Shown in pieces: positions 9,901-23,364 of a DNA stretch of 64,000 bases. Origin of the DNA: Podarcis muralis. Its lineage: Eukaryota. Numbering within the stretch: position 1 is the stretch's first letter; each line of letters begins with the position of its first letter. Position numbers and translations under genes: made by a program. The notes under the pieces were generated by a model. It was not told where the DNA came from, made no database searches, and saw only the letters and a program-made list of their open reading frames with translations. Location of the stretch: the NCBI RefSeq assembly GCF_964188315.1, contig NC_135656.1:36642001-36706000 (forward strand), in the 5' to 3' direction.

Positions 9901-12900
9901 AAGAGCAATGATTGACAGATCCCACAGCAACCCAATCTGCAGGCACCCTGGGTAGCAGGCCCTATGCCCAGTGGGAGGGAGGGGGAGGACTTCAGATGTA
10001 AGTGAGCCTTAAGTAACTTGAAGAAAAGACAAAACAGAGAGAGAGTAGAATATTATTGTTACTGTCAGTGTTGTGTCTCTCGATAAATTAAGACTTCCCC
10101 ATAGGCACAGATGAAAAGCGGTGCATTTTCCAGAAAGATATAAGACCCCAAGATCTGTTGATGGTATAATTATACCTGATTTCTTTTAATGGAGATATTA
10201 TCAAGGGACCACATTCCAGTCTCTCTTTCTCTCACCAGCCCCCTCTTTAATAGCCAGCTTCTTAATGGTGGAAATTTACATAGCTTTATTAACAGCAAAT
10301 GCTCAGGCCTCAAATTTCCCTCTAAATGCAATTGCTTCTAGCCTGCTTATTATGTACAGACAAATCCATTTGCTTTGCACTTTGTAATAGAGCTGATCAA
10401 TTGTTAAGTTGGTAAGTGGCAGAGAAAGAAAGAGGTTGAGAAAATGTGAGGTGTTTGTGCAAGAGAGCGGGGAGGACAAGATGCACTGTATTTTTTGTAT
10501 ATCATTGGAGTGTGATTTACAGTTGGCTGCCTATGTTCCTTTGTGTCACTACCTGGAGGAATCTGGGTATGACCCAGGTTGGTTTTCACCAGCATATGAG
10601 CCAGAATATTATAGACCTGTGACTCACCTGCATGTTTTCTCCATGTCAGCATGCCAGGTACTGCTATATATATTTTTATTTTTTGGAGGGTTGTGCTTGT
10701 GAATTATCCCATTGTTTTTTTAGGTTATTAAACAGGAATCTTGGGTTCATTTGTGCTACTGAAGAATGCACAAAGGCATAAACCGTGCCCCCCTTTTTTT
10801 GCTTTTAAAAATGTATAGCAGAAATAAATGCTACATAGAAAATAAAACACTACAGCCCAGACAGAAAATAGAAACTGCTGTGCTCAAATATAAGTTATCG
10901 CTTGCTCAGGCTCCAAGGCTTAGCCTTAAATGGTACATAGTCCATTGTCCTTGTTTCATTCCTTTCTGCTGAATGTTTTTAAACTGCTTGTGTTCGCATT
11001 ATGAAACAGATTTCCTGCCATTGAGCCCCTTGAGCGCAGTATGCTGCAATTCCTTTGTTCTTTGCTGGTGACAGAGTAAAATTTGGATGATCACAGGCTG
11101 TATTCCTCTGCCACAGGAGGTATAAGATGAGCTGAAATGCTGGTCCCTTCCTGCCATTGCAGTCCAATGAGTCTGTGATGGTACCCTTAGGTTTTTGACT
11201 CTAGTCTCTATCCTCAGTTTTGTGGAAGCATTTATTGTTCAGATTTAATAGTATTAGCTCTAGGATCTGGATGGTTTGAAATGCCTGTCTAGGGTAAATT
11301 GCCTCGGAATGTTTTAAGTAGGAAGCAATGTACAAATTTAATAAATGAAACTAAGGTATGAGAAGCTCAGGATAAATATGCATGCTGGTCGCTATGAGCC
11401 TGCTCAGATATATTGTTGTTTTAAACTATTTTTGAATGTTTTAAATAGCTTTCTCAATTATTTTTATTTATAAATTTCTTGGTTTGTTTGTTTTTTTGTA
11501 AACCAATTTGAAGGTTTCTTCTTACAAGTAGTGTATACATTTTGATGAACTTATAAAAGGTGCTGCAAAGACAGACCGGCAGCTCAAAGACTCCCTCTCG
11601 CCTTTTCTCCTTTGCTTGGTAAAACATTTGTGAAAGAAATGGAAAAAAGAGGCAAAACAGGATTTAGCCCTAGCAATGTTGCCTTCCTTCAGAATGGTAT
11701 GAGGATTTATGGGTACAGTTTGCTCAAGCCTACAGTTCGATGCAGGGGGAGGCAGAATCTTCTCCCCTGTCCCCAGATGAGTGAGTCGCTTTCTCCTTCA
11801 GTTTTGCACAAGCATACTCTCATGTGGGGAAGGGGGGTGTCTTTAAGTTTAGAGAGGAGCATCTCAATCAGGTTTTTGAAGGCTTGGAAAAACATTCCTC
11901 TCTGACAAGCTGAGGAGCTGTCCAAAAACTGTTGGTGCTGAACAGCTGTTCTGTTGCACAAAAATCACGTTAGACATGATTTTAAACATTTCTTTGAATC
12001 CTGTGCTTGAGATTCTCCTCTTTAAAAACCAATCAAACAAAGGTTGAGAGCAGTTGTGGAGGGCTCATTCTTGGTCGGAGCTTTGACACAGGGCAGAAGG
12101 AAGATTAACCCTTTCCACTTGCCATTTCCCTTGCTGAAAATACTCCCTCCTCCCCACTAGCAGTGCTTTCTGCACTGGGGGGGGGGGGGTCTTAATCCCT
12201 GAATATTAGTGGCTGAATCAGCCACCATGGCTGCTTTTACTAAAAGAATCAGAGAAGGACAAAATCAAGCACAGGATTCAAAGGCACATTTAGTATCAAT
12301 TATAGCTTGCCCCAAGGACTCATATTAGAAGTGGCAGGGCTGTCATTAACGCGTCTGCCCTGTTCAAGTGTAAAATGGTGTGTCAAAGCAGCATGTGGGA
12401 GAAGGCCATTGAACCAGCCCCCACTTCACCACACCTCAGTCCTTCCCTCCCTTCCCATCTCAGATATCAGGCATGAGCTGGAAAGGGAGTAAATTGCCTG
12501 GAGTAAAGTTTTGAGGGGAGGAGATGGGAGGAAAGGAAAAGGAAATGATCAGCACCCCTCTTTTATGTGTTCATTTTCTGTTAAGGAAGATATCCTGTCC
12601 ACTTGGCCACCTTATAGGTGAATGAGGGAGACATCGGAAAAGAGCAAGTTATCTGCCATGGTCACATCTAGTTTAACCCTAGATGTGAACAACTGGTAGT
12701 GTTGTTTCCCATAAAAGGGCCCTGCAGTAGCTTGCAAGAGTCTTTCATCTATATATAGCAGGTTCCTCCTTTTTCTTCCCCTGGTAGGGACAGCTGTCTA
12801 TTGTTCGGAACCCATGGTAACAGGATCTGTGGTATATTTCCAAAATGTAAAGACGCCTGCTTAAATCCTTGCATTGCCAGTTAGAACACTTATAAAACCT

Positions 12901-15799
12901 GTTACCTTTAATTAAAGAGACAACTCTTTTTCTCAGAAACACATAGCTGATTAGATTTATTGACTGCTTTTGCATGAGGGACACAGATAAATAGCTTTAT
13001 GCCATTGTAAATTCTTTTGCCCTTTTGGGTTTGATTCTCTGAGAAAAGAAGGTGCATAAACAAGGAGGAATCAACGAGCTGTTAATTTTTCCTTTTTCAT
13101 GAAATATGTTTGTTCCAAATGAAGACTTCTTAACTGGGTGCTTTGAAATGTGTCGGGGGGGGGGGGGAGAGAGAATACCTGTAAAGATCCTCATTATATA
13201 ATTGCCTTGTATTTAAAATAGGCAGTTGTGTGAGCTTGTATGCAGAGAGCATCCTGTTCTGTCATTAGTCATCACTTGACACCTGTGCACAGCCTAAATG
13301 GGTCCACACCGGGGGGAGTAGAAGCACGGTAGCCAAGCAGACATTGGAGTGAATCAAGCATGCACTGAAGGCAGTTGAGGTGGAAGCTCTTTGATTAAAA
13401 TTCCACTGTCGCACTGAAGAACTGCTTTAGCCTCCCACCCCCACCCCTTCTCTGGTGGATTTCATTCTACACTTGGGATGCAGTAACATTATCCATCTTT
13501 GCCGGAAATGACTTATCTCCAAGGTTCACAGACAGCAATTTCGGAATATGCTAGATTGCACAAAGTGTCAAGCTTTTTTAAAACATGCTTCCCAGGGAAG
13601 ATAGATCCCCTTAAATCTGCAGGCTTCATTGCGATTGACATACGAACCACCATGACCTGCTCAATCAGTATAATTCTTCTCCCATTACTCAGGTGAGCAG
13701 TCCCAACGGATGGTTTGCCCACTTCTGCACTTCACAGGAACAAATGATAAATATAACTCTAGTTCTGACCAGACTTTTTGTAGCTGCCCTCTTTGCAGGG
13801 TGGAGGAGCAACCACATCCTCATCTCGCCCACCACACAGATGTATGAAGATGTTCTACACCAATGGCCACTTCATGCAATTCTTCTCCGTAGGGACCAGC
13901 TTCCCCCCCCCCAAAAAAAAGTAGGGAGGAGATTTCATGGACTTGGACTTCCACTCTCTCTTGTCAGTGTTTAGGGTTGCACTGCCCATCCCTTAGGAAA
14001 CCCAGAAAACCATGAGGAATATAGTAAACCGTGATGGATATGGTTAGATGGATGGCCTCTAAGAAGAAATCAGTATGATGGAGGAAAAAACAAACAGAAA
14101 GCTAGAGGATATGAAATTGGGAGACGTGCCCCAACTATCATGGGAAAACTAAGACTTGCCCCAATTAAAAACAAACAAACAGGCATTCTGTGATGTACAA
14201 AGTCCTTTCTTGCTGAACCGTCCACTGTTGCCATTGATTTACAGTTAAGAAGGGCTAGCAGCAGGGATGCAATTAATGCTGACGTTAGTATATTGGTCCT
14301 GTCCTCTGTAAGGAAGCAGAGGTTTGCCGAGATCAATTTTGTGCTGGATGTCTCAACTTGGGGAGCAATAACTTGGAAGTAAAACTCAGGTTAATTTGAA
14401 AATAGGTCAATGGGATGTGAAGATAGCCCACTGTAATCTGAATCCATCGTATCAGCTTCAGAATGTCTCCCTTGGTTGATTAAATTACCTGTAAGGGAGG
14501 AATAGCAGGAGAAAAGCCTGCTGCAGATTTATTCTGGGATACGTGCAGCTGTTCAAGACAGATGTCCAAAAACAACCCAGCAAAGCTTTCCTGTATAGGT
14601 GAACATGATGCCTTTAACTGGCTTAATTAAAGAGGAAACAATGTCAGCCATCACTCATGTTATTTCTTATTTAATAAACGCAAGCTGGTCTCATTTTGCA
14701 GACTCTTGTCTGCTCGTCTGCTTTGTTATACTGCTTTCCAGAGCAATCTTAATTAATGATATCCTCATAAGAGGTTTGTAGTGTCGGCGGCAAAAGGGGA
14801 TTCGTGGGAATTCAATCAAAAGCAGATTTCACTAGTCAATTCCTCTTCTTCTTCTTCTTTTAAGATTAAGTTTTCAGAAGCGACTGGCCCTGGATGCAAA
14901 GATCATTTCCCCCCCTAAACAAATCTGTTAAGCTTTCAGCGAAGAAAGCATTTGTGTTCAATTTTATTTGCATAATTTCAAGCGCCATTAATAGTACATG
15001 GCATGAGGAAAAATTACCAAGATTTCACTCCAACCATGAGTGAAATTGGGTTTAGTAGAAAATTAGTTGACTTAACTGGCAGATGATGAAAGCTTGAATA
15101 GAGAATGTTTAAATAAGGAGGAATTGTAGAAAAGGAACTTGAAGGTGCAGGCTGAATTGAGATCAGGGCTCAAGTTAAAACATATTAGCTAAAGTGAAAG
15201 ATAAACGGAGACTGATAGTGAATTCAGAGGGAAGAATCCAACAACCCTCTCTACTGATCATTCTGTCACTGCAAGCATACCTGCTTACCAGGTGGAACCA
15301 TCCCCCTCTCCTCCCCATTTGCATTGTTCTAGGGGTTCTTCTGCCCTTCCAGAGTGGATTGGGGTGAGCATGGGTAAAGGGGAAGTCCCACTGCACTAGC
15401 TAGCTTGCTTGGCAATTTAGTGCAATTTTTCTTTCTCAGGAAGAGCCACAGGGCTAGATTTCCCAGTTCAATATAACTCCATCAAATACATAGAACTGGT
15501 ACACATTTTTGCACCAGCTGATGAGCTTGGGCTTTGCTTTTATGAAAAATTATGCCTAATGATGGCAGACTATAATTGGTGTTCACCATTAGGTTACAGA
15601 AGATCTATCTCAAGCCTTTACCTTTATTTTTCTTGAGTAATTTGTGTGATATAGATGGAAGTGCATAATATTTGTGTGAATTCTGCCACACAAACTATGA
15701 TACTGGGCCGATTAAAATCCGCAAAGCAGATTAATTTTCAAATGAACACCCCTTTTACAACCAGGCTATCATCAATCCATTCATCTAGTACAAGAGCAG

Positions 15800-15925
15800 C
15801 CAGTGTGGTGCTTTTCAGTTGTTATTAGACTACAACTCCCATCGTTCCTGCTCATTGGTCATGCTGGCTCAGGCTGATGGGAGTTTGTAGTCCAAAAAAT
15901 CAGCAGGGCATCCCATTAACTCCCC
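15800..15925. mobile_element. Old palindromic hAT-type MITE (gactacaactcccatc family), approximate limits
   Basis: gactacaactcccatc ... gatgggagtttgtagtcc inverted core. Confidence 0.65.
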
Positions 15926-16334
15926 TATTATAGTACTTTCAATTTGCAAAGTCCTTTACAAGTGTCAGCTGATTCATTCTCACAGTAAGCTTGTAAAGTA
16001 GGTCACAATGAGAATCACATTTTATTAAGGAGAAAAGAAGCTGCTCATAATTTTTCTTGCTCCTTTGTGTGTCTTTTCTATAATTGAAGTCAACAGTTCA
16101 TAATGGTGCACAACATTCATAAGGGCCTATTATTCTATGTTTTCTCTTGTGTACATTCCCGCTCATTCCTGTGTATGCGTTTGACTGTGTGTGCAGCAGA
16201 AAGCAAGGGAGGGAGATCAGTTTGAAGGCAGGATACACCTGTTGTCATCAAGATGGTAGCCATATCTGTCGTGTTTGGAAGGAAATAAATTAATGCTATG
16301 AGGGATGGTGACTTGCCAAATGCTACCTAACAAG

Positions 16335-16708
16335 GGAGAAGGTGGCGCTGTGGTCTAAACCACTGCACCTCTTGGGCTTCCCAATCAGAAGGTCGGCAGT
16401 TTGAATACTCATGATGGGGTGACCTCCCGTTGCTCTGTCTCAGCTTCTGCCAACCTAGCAGTTCAAAAGCACACCAGCACAAACAGATAAATAGGTACCA
16501 CCATGGCAGGGAGGTAAATGGCATTCCTGTGTGCTCTGGCTTCCATTACAGTGTTCCATTGCACCAGAAGCAGTTTAGTTATGCTGGCCACATGACCCGG
16601 AAAGCTGTCTGTGCACAAACACCAGCTCCCTCTGCCTGAAAGCGAGATGAGCACTGCATCCCATAGTCACCTTTGACTGGACTGAACCATCCAGGGGTCC
16701 TTTATCTT
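16335..16708 (+). mobile_element. Sauria (Squam1) SINE, full length
   Basis: tRNA-like head ggtggcgctgtggtctaaacc, Sauria core, tail cctttatctttac; 11-bp TSD tacctaacaag at 16324-16334 and 16709-16719. Confidence 0.92.
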
Positions 16709-17446
16709 TACCTAACAAGCTCATGACTCAAATTCAGGAAGAATTATCACATACTCATATCCACAGTACCATACCAAGTTTCAGGTGTTGGAATAAATAA
16801 GAAATGGGGGCAAATTTACCACAAAGCTGACAATAAATTTCACTCTCATTTTCCTCATCCCATAACACATGCCAGCATCCATTCCACTGACTGCACAACA
16901 CAACACAACTTCATTGTGTTGAGGCAGGTATAAGATTGTAGCTTTTCTTCAACGTTGAGAAGATGAAATGCAACTCAGCCAACCTTCTGTGATTCCCACT
17001 TTTAGCTGTCCACCGTGTCTTGCAAAACCCTCAGTGGCTGAGATTTCGTTGCCTAGCAGGTCATGGAGCTGCCAGCCAATTACCCTTGTGCTCCTGGAAA
17101 CACAGAGATAAATGTTATTGCACTTCTCCTTGACAGTGCTAACCTTCCCACCCTCCACTGTGTAATCTTGAATTGTATCTACTGTGGCCCAATAGGGCTT
17201 TCCCCCCCAGAGAATAAGAATGAATGGAAAAACTTTGTAACAAAAGTGTACTATTTGCAGGCAGTAGAACTCGGTGCCTGTAAAATGTATAAATGACATT
17301 CATGTCTGTGAGGAGACCCTGCTGTCAGTTTTATGCAACCAGCTTTAGACATTCACACACCCAACTCAGCTTGTTGCTTACCTGTGCTAACTTCATCCAA
17401 AGTCAAATGACCTCAGGTTTGTTGACTGAGTCAATAGACAATCCTT

Positions 17447-17638
17447 GGGGAATGCCCATAGCTCAGTAGTAGAGTGTCTGCTTTTCACGCAGAAGGTCCC
17501 TGGTTCAGTTCCCAGCATCTCCAGGTTGGGCTGGGAAAGACTTCTGTCTAAAACCAAGGAGAACTGCTGCTGGTCAGTGCAGTCAGTACTGAGCAAGATG
17601 GAACAATGGTCTGACAGAGTATAATACAGATTCCTACA
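17447..17638 (+). mobile_element. tRNA-derived SINE (Squam3-like)
   Basis: A box (tagctcagtagtagag) and B box (ggttcagttccc), then ctccaggttgggctgggaaagac...gatggaacaatggtctgac...gtataa. Confidence 0.8.
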
Positions 17639-17849
17639 TAGGTAAGTAAGTTCCCAGTGTGTCCATAAGGGCAGAAGTAGTTAACTTTTACATACAACGA
17701 CAGGAGAGGTTACCTGTAGAAGATCTTGGAGGGAAGTCTTTTGTACTTAGGGGGAAGCACTCCATGTATGACTGAGAGAGACCCCTATCAGAAACCCTGA
17801 AGTGCCAACCAGGGTTGACAATACTGAACTAGGTGGAGCAACAATGATT

Positions 17850-18497
17850 TTTAAAAAAAATAAATTTTATTAGTATTTTCCACACAACAACAACACAAAA
17901 GATATCAAAAAATAACAATACAGCACACACAAAAATCAACATTTGAAAGCTAAAGAAAGCAACAACAAAAACAAACAAACAAAAACAAATCCATATCTTA
18001 CAAGTTAATATTATAAACACTAAAACAACAACAAGACATTGACTTCCACCAATCCCACAGCACCCCCTTTATCTCTCATTGTGTCTTCCTGTTTTCTTTA
18101 TCATCTCTATCCTAACATCTAGATATAAATCCTTCTTTCATATCCTTTCACTTCACAAGGTTATTCCAGACTCAGCCAGATTTCTGCCCTCGAACCTTGA
18201 CTTTTGAGGTATTCATTTAGGCACTCCCATTCTTTTTTTACTTCACTTTTTGGTTTTTGTCTTATTATGTCTGTCAATTTGGCTAATTCTAAGTATTCTG
18301 AGAGCTTGCATAGCCACTCTCCCCTAGTGGGTAACTGATTCCCTTTTCAGTACTTAGCCACCAGGATTCTTGCTGCAGACGTTGTGTATAAGAAAAAATT
18401 AGCTTTGTCTTTTGGAATATCGTCATTTAAAATTCCTAAAAGGAATGCTTCTAGCCTTTTACTATATGATATTCTTAATATTTTCTTTATTTCTTCA
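17850..18497 (-). mobile_element. L1-clade LINE, 5'-truncated, inserted into the 3' part of a second Squam3-like SINE (~17760-18540)
   Basis: Minus strand translates as EEIKKIL...EAFLLGIL...FFLYTTSAARILVAKY*...LPTRGEWLCKLSEYLELAKLT; 16-bp TSD tggagcaacaatgatt at 17834-17849 and 18498-18513. Confidence 0.85.
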
Positions 18498-20300
18498 TGG
18501 AGCAACAATGATTCAGTATAAGACAGCTTCCTATGTTTCTGACCCTCTGCTTCTACCCCACAACTGATTTGTCCATCCTGCTATAGCCCTGTTGTCCTAT
18601 TCAGTATGCAGCCCACCCTACTGATTTCCGAAGCTGACTGACTGGGGGTCAGCCCCCCTGGGACTGTCTTACAGTGAACCAAGTGAACTAGGCTTTTCAG
18701 GTGGGCAGATGAAGCATTTTAAATTTCAAGGAAGGAAGGAGCCCATCTTGACTCCTTGCTTCTGATGTGGAGATGTTTAACCACTCGCCGCCCCACCCCC
18801 GGGCATAGCTCACTTTCTTCCTGGCTGATCTGGTAGCAGCTGTTGTGGGTAATTCAATGAAGTTATGAGAAAACATTCAGCTGATGAGTCATTATTTTAA
18901 AATCCCTGAAGGCCTATTGTACCAGTTCAAAGGGAACACTATGATCTTTCAAAATTCAGATAAACAAATGAAAACACCACCAGAAGAACAACCTTCACCA
19001 GTATGCCTTTCTCCTGTATTCCTGCTGACCAAGTCAATAGTCACATGTATTCCTTGTCATCTGCATATTCCTCTTTCTTGAACATTGAGTTTTCCTATCT
19101 ATGATAGATAAAATGGCTGCTACGTTGTACTGCCACACTGAACTACCACTTTGGATAGTGCACACCCTTTAAAAATATCCAGTATCAAGAGGGTATCATC
19201 CTTTTCTTTCTTTATAAAGGGACAGCTTCCTCTTACCAAAGGCCGAATGGTCATGTTGGGAGCCACAGAGGCAAGTGAAATTGTCCTCTTTTCCATTGGA
19301 TAGTTCTTCTTTGGGGCAGCTTCATTATGGGGGTGCCTAGGGCTGAAGGATGGGATAAGGCAAGTGGAAATAGTCAGCCTCCATATGCAAATGCAGGTCT
19401 CTCTCCTCAAATGTGTTAAAAGCTGCTCTAAGCTGATGTCCATATTCTAAGAATCCACAGAATCTCCCTTTCCTCTTTGATTTTGCACTTTAATTCTTTA
19501 CTGCTGAGATGCTCACAAAGCGCCAGAAAATCTCTAGCAAGCTGACCTGCTACTCCATAATGGGCTGCTGAGCCCTTCTGCATTGCTTCACTTTATGTGG
19601 TGTGGGGGTTTTTTTAAGGTGGCTGTCAGGCACAAGAGACTTTCTATTCATGTCATCTTCCTGGCCAGCCACTTAGCGTAAAATTGCCCATAAAAGTGAA
19701 CTTAAATTACAAGTGATAAAACCACAGCCCATCCTAGCCACTGCCAGCTTTTTTTCTGTTCTACATGGCGCTGAAGCTTATATTCTTTTTGACAAGAGCA
19801 ATGAAGCAGCTTCACACACTTATCCCCAGCTAAATCACCTTAAATTGAAAATCCTTGTTTTTCCTTGCTTGGAATGTAGCATGGTCCTTCATTAGTTTCT
19901 TCTAAGTGTTTCTTAGTATCAGCAGAATGGTTTGTGCTGGTGGAACGCTTGACTGCATGTCCCTCAGCTAATGCCAGATGTGAGGCCTTCCGACGTATCC
20001 GCTTATTTATTTGTTTGTTTTCGTTTGTTACATAAGCTACCCCATAACAAAGAGTTCCATGGGCAGCTCACAAAGCCAACACACACATACACCAAAATAC
20101 AATACAGAACAGGAAAAACTGTAACAAAATAATTTTAAAAAATGAAGCATAATTAAAAGCTCGGTGAGAGGTTAACTACATTTCCCAGGGTTATTTGGAG
20201 GGGGGGTGGAGCCATGGACTCTAAATGTATGATGTGTATGCAGCTGAAGAAAAGAGGCAGAGCAAAGAGGTGAGCCTTGCCAAGGTTGGAGGTGCTAATA

Positions 20301-20523
20301 CAGTGGTACCTCGGGTTAAGAACTTAATTCTTTCTGAAGGTCTGTTCTTAACCTGAAACTGTTCTTAACCTGAGGTACCACTTTAGCTAATGGGGCCTCC
20401 CACTGCCGTTGTGCCACTGTTCTCATCCTGTTCTCATCCTGAAGCAAAGTTCTTAACCCGAGGTACTATTTCTGGGTTAGCGGAGTCTGTAACCTGAAGC
20501 GTCTGTAACCCGAGGTACCACTG
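20301..20523. mobile_element. Tc1/mariner (pogo/Tigger-like) MITE, copy 1
   Basis: TIR cagtggtacctcgggtta / taacccgaggtaccactg; TA TSD on both sides. Confidence 0.92.
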
Positions 20524-21327
20524 TAAGGTCTTTCAGGATGAGCAAGAAGGAGCAGGTAGTGATGCAAGGCAAGAGAGTAAGGTGGGAAAAGTGGTATAAA
20601 ACAAGGAGGAGGAGCCAATGGCAGGAAGCAGTGGTAAGTGGGGACTGATGGGTCCTTCAACTTCCAAGCCTTGTGAGGCACCTTTGCGACTCCCTTCCCC
20701 CCAATCCATTCCTGCAGCCACAGTGATTCCTCAAGTCTACCAGCTTTTGAAACTGCAGCCCACGAGCTTTGTGCTGTGGCCATCTGTGGCCAACCTGGAG
20801 CTGCAACTACAACCACTAAGAACTACCTCCAGAAGCTGAGGTGACTTGCATGGCCCACTGAAATTGTAACTCTGAGGGCTCGTCCACACAGCAGCACCTT
20901 CCCTCTTTCCCCGCTGGCTGCTATAAGCATTTATCTGAGAGTATGGGAAGCGTCCCCAGGGAAAGGTAGGCATCTTTAGGTAGAACACTCCCTCAACATT
21001 CATCATGAGAGGCCTGTGCTAGAGAAGGCTGGGCCCATGATGCTAGGCCCATATAAATTTATAGTCAGCTTAGAGTTTCACTAGCCCCTCTATAGGTCCT
21101 CTGCACCAGAGATGGTGAACCTATGACCCTCCAGAGATGTTTTTGGACTCAGTGAATGTAAATTCTATCTGGGGAGAGATGGCATGGCTGGGGAAGAGGG
21201 ATATGGCTTGGGGAGAGTCTCAAGGGCCAGAAAGAAAGGGCTGGAGGGCCACATTTGTCCTCCTCCCCACCTCTGCTATATTGACACCCTTCCCTCCCTT
21301 TTCACCTCTCTTTCTTGCTCTTTCCAG

Positions 21328-21459
21328 TAACTTAGGAGTGCCTCCTGGCCGGGGTAATTGTCCCTTGACAGTCCCTTTGCCGTTTGACCTCATTTACACA
21401 GACTACCATGGGCTACAGCAGATGAAGCAGCATATGGGCCTCTCCTTTAAGAAATACAG
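21328..21459 (+). CDS. MGAT5B: MGAT5B coding exon D (132 nt, phase 2-2): (S)NLGVPPGRGNCPLTVPLPFDLIYTDYHGLQQMKQHMGLSFKKY(R)
   Basis: Acceptor tttccag|T and donor AG|gtaaga; DLIYTDYHGLQQMK motif. Confidence 0.97.
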
Positions 21460-21520
21460 GTAAGAAGAACTTGGTGGGCTTTTATGTCCACCTCTTGTAT
21501 CTTTTTTATAGGCAAATAGC

Positions 21521-21688
21521 TAGGGTTGCCATATTTCATAAAATAAAAACGAGGACCTCCTGAAAGTTGTTGAGCTTTTTTTCTTTCTTTCTTTTTTACA
21601 AAAACGCCAAAAATTTTGTTTTTGGGATTTTTGGAAATTCCCCCAGGTGTCACGTCCGCCTTTGAAATCTGGATGTATGTCAGCCCTA
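21521..21688. mobile_element. hAT-like MITE with TAGGGTTGCCA-type termini
   Basis: tagggttgccata ... tatgtcagcccta inverted ends; no clear TSD. Confidence 0.55.
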
Positions 21689-23364
21689 AAGTAATAATTT
21701 TTCTCAATACCTCTCTTGGCTAAAATCAAGTCTAAACTATTTACAAACTGAATGTTTGACGGTTATTTACATTGTATATGCATGGTTTATATTTCTTGTG
21801 GTGGGGTATAAGGAGATTGATTGTTAAATGTATTTTAAAAACTAAAAAATAGTTAGGAAGGACCTCTCCATTGATGCCCTTTTTAATATTGTTTCCATTC
21901 TTCTCTATTCTTTTGAAACCACAACTGTATTTAGTACTTAACAAACTTTTGCTTTATATGATAATGATTTTATTTAAATGGGTTTCTTCTTAAGAGCTGG
22001 TTTTTTGTCTGCCATTTCAGAAGATCAAAATGCATTGCACTATTATTTTCCAAGAATTTAACCGCAGAGACTGAACAGAATTGAACCTGGAATTCTCTTG
22101 AACTTTTAGCCTTTCCTTATCCTTCAAGCTTCCAAAAGTAAATTTCCACAACACAAGTTTTAGACTTTCCCTTGGCCCAGTTTATCTCCATGTCTCTGAG
22201 AGCTGGCAAATTGCCCAGTGAATGGCTTCCATGCTGCTTCACAGCTGCCATTGTTACATGCTGGGATGTGTTTGCAAAGGTGAGAGAGCAATCCTTCATA
22301 CCACTCTCTTAAATGAAATAATAATAGTATCACTTTCCGTGGAGAACACAGAAACCCTTGGGGGTTATGGACTGGTGAGTGAGAGCAAGGATAAATAATA
22401 CATCGGCACTCTGGAGGTGTGTTCTGCAAGCATCGCTAGGAAAGAGAAAGAGGCAGGCAGGTGGATGGATCAACTTGGGACACCTCTGCCCATTTTGTCC
22501 CTCCTCTTGAGGTTTTAAAAAGTTCAGCTCACAGACTCTTGCCAGATCAGCAGCTAGCAAAATTTTGTGATTTAATTTAGCACTGGTAGCCCGAGTATTC
22601 ATTACTCTTTCTCCAATCCCTCCTGTTATCCTGCACAATTTTATGAGGGAGAAAAATGACAGGCGGTGTTATTGCCTCTATTGTAAATAAATTTTCTCTC
22701 TGCATTCAGCTTGGTTGGAAGAGAGGAGTTGTTATTCCTGTGCTTGCTTTCTACTTGCTGTGTTTTTTGACTTCTCTTCCCCTTTCTCTTTTTATCAGTG
22801 CCATAAGCCAGTTTCAGGGTGGCTAGGATGTGAGGGTCAGGGGAGTCATGTCAACAGAAAGAGAGGGATGAGCTCTTGCAAAACCAGATGTGAAATCAAT
22901 TTTGAATACGAGTCTCATACATTCAAACTTGAATACATCAAGCCTCTTCAGATTTAACAGAATGATAATTTTGGTAATTGACTCCTGTGATACCCAAGCA
23001 TTTGTCACCAAGACGATTTGTTTGTGTTGCGTTTTTGTTTCACTTCAGGGAGCTGTTGCCTCAAGACCTCCTTGCCCACCTCCACCCCTGTCTTACCTTC
23101 TGCTTCACTCTTCTCCCTGTCTCACTGCTGACTATTTCCACCCCTTTCATTTCTTCTTCTTCTTTCAACCTAGATCTATCTTTCTTCTTCAGAGAAATAT
23201 GATGCTATCCATCATTAAGTGATATTATTGGCTATGCAACTCATGCTGGTTAATTATGTGTTGCAGGCTCCTTATATATTTGAGAAAGTGGGTTTTGGTG
23301 ATAATAAAAATATGTATTGTAACTAGGCATGAGCAAACTCATGTAACTAGGCATGAGCAAACTC

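Noticed and set aside
17447-17520. tRNA-like sequence with A and B boxes (also at 16335, 28822, 40767, 62138, 63587)
   Set aside because: These are SINE heads that continue into SINE bodies; no complete cloverleaf.
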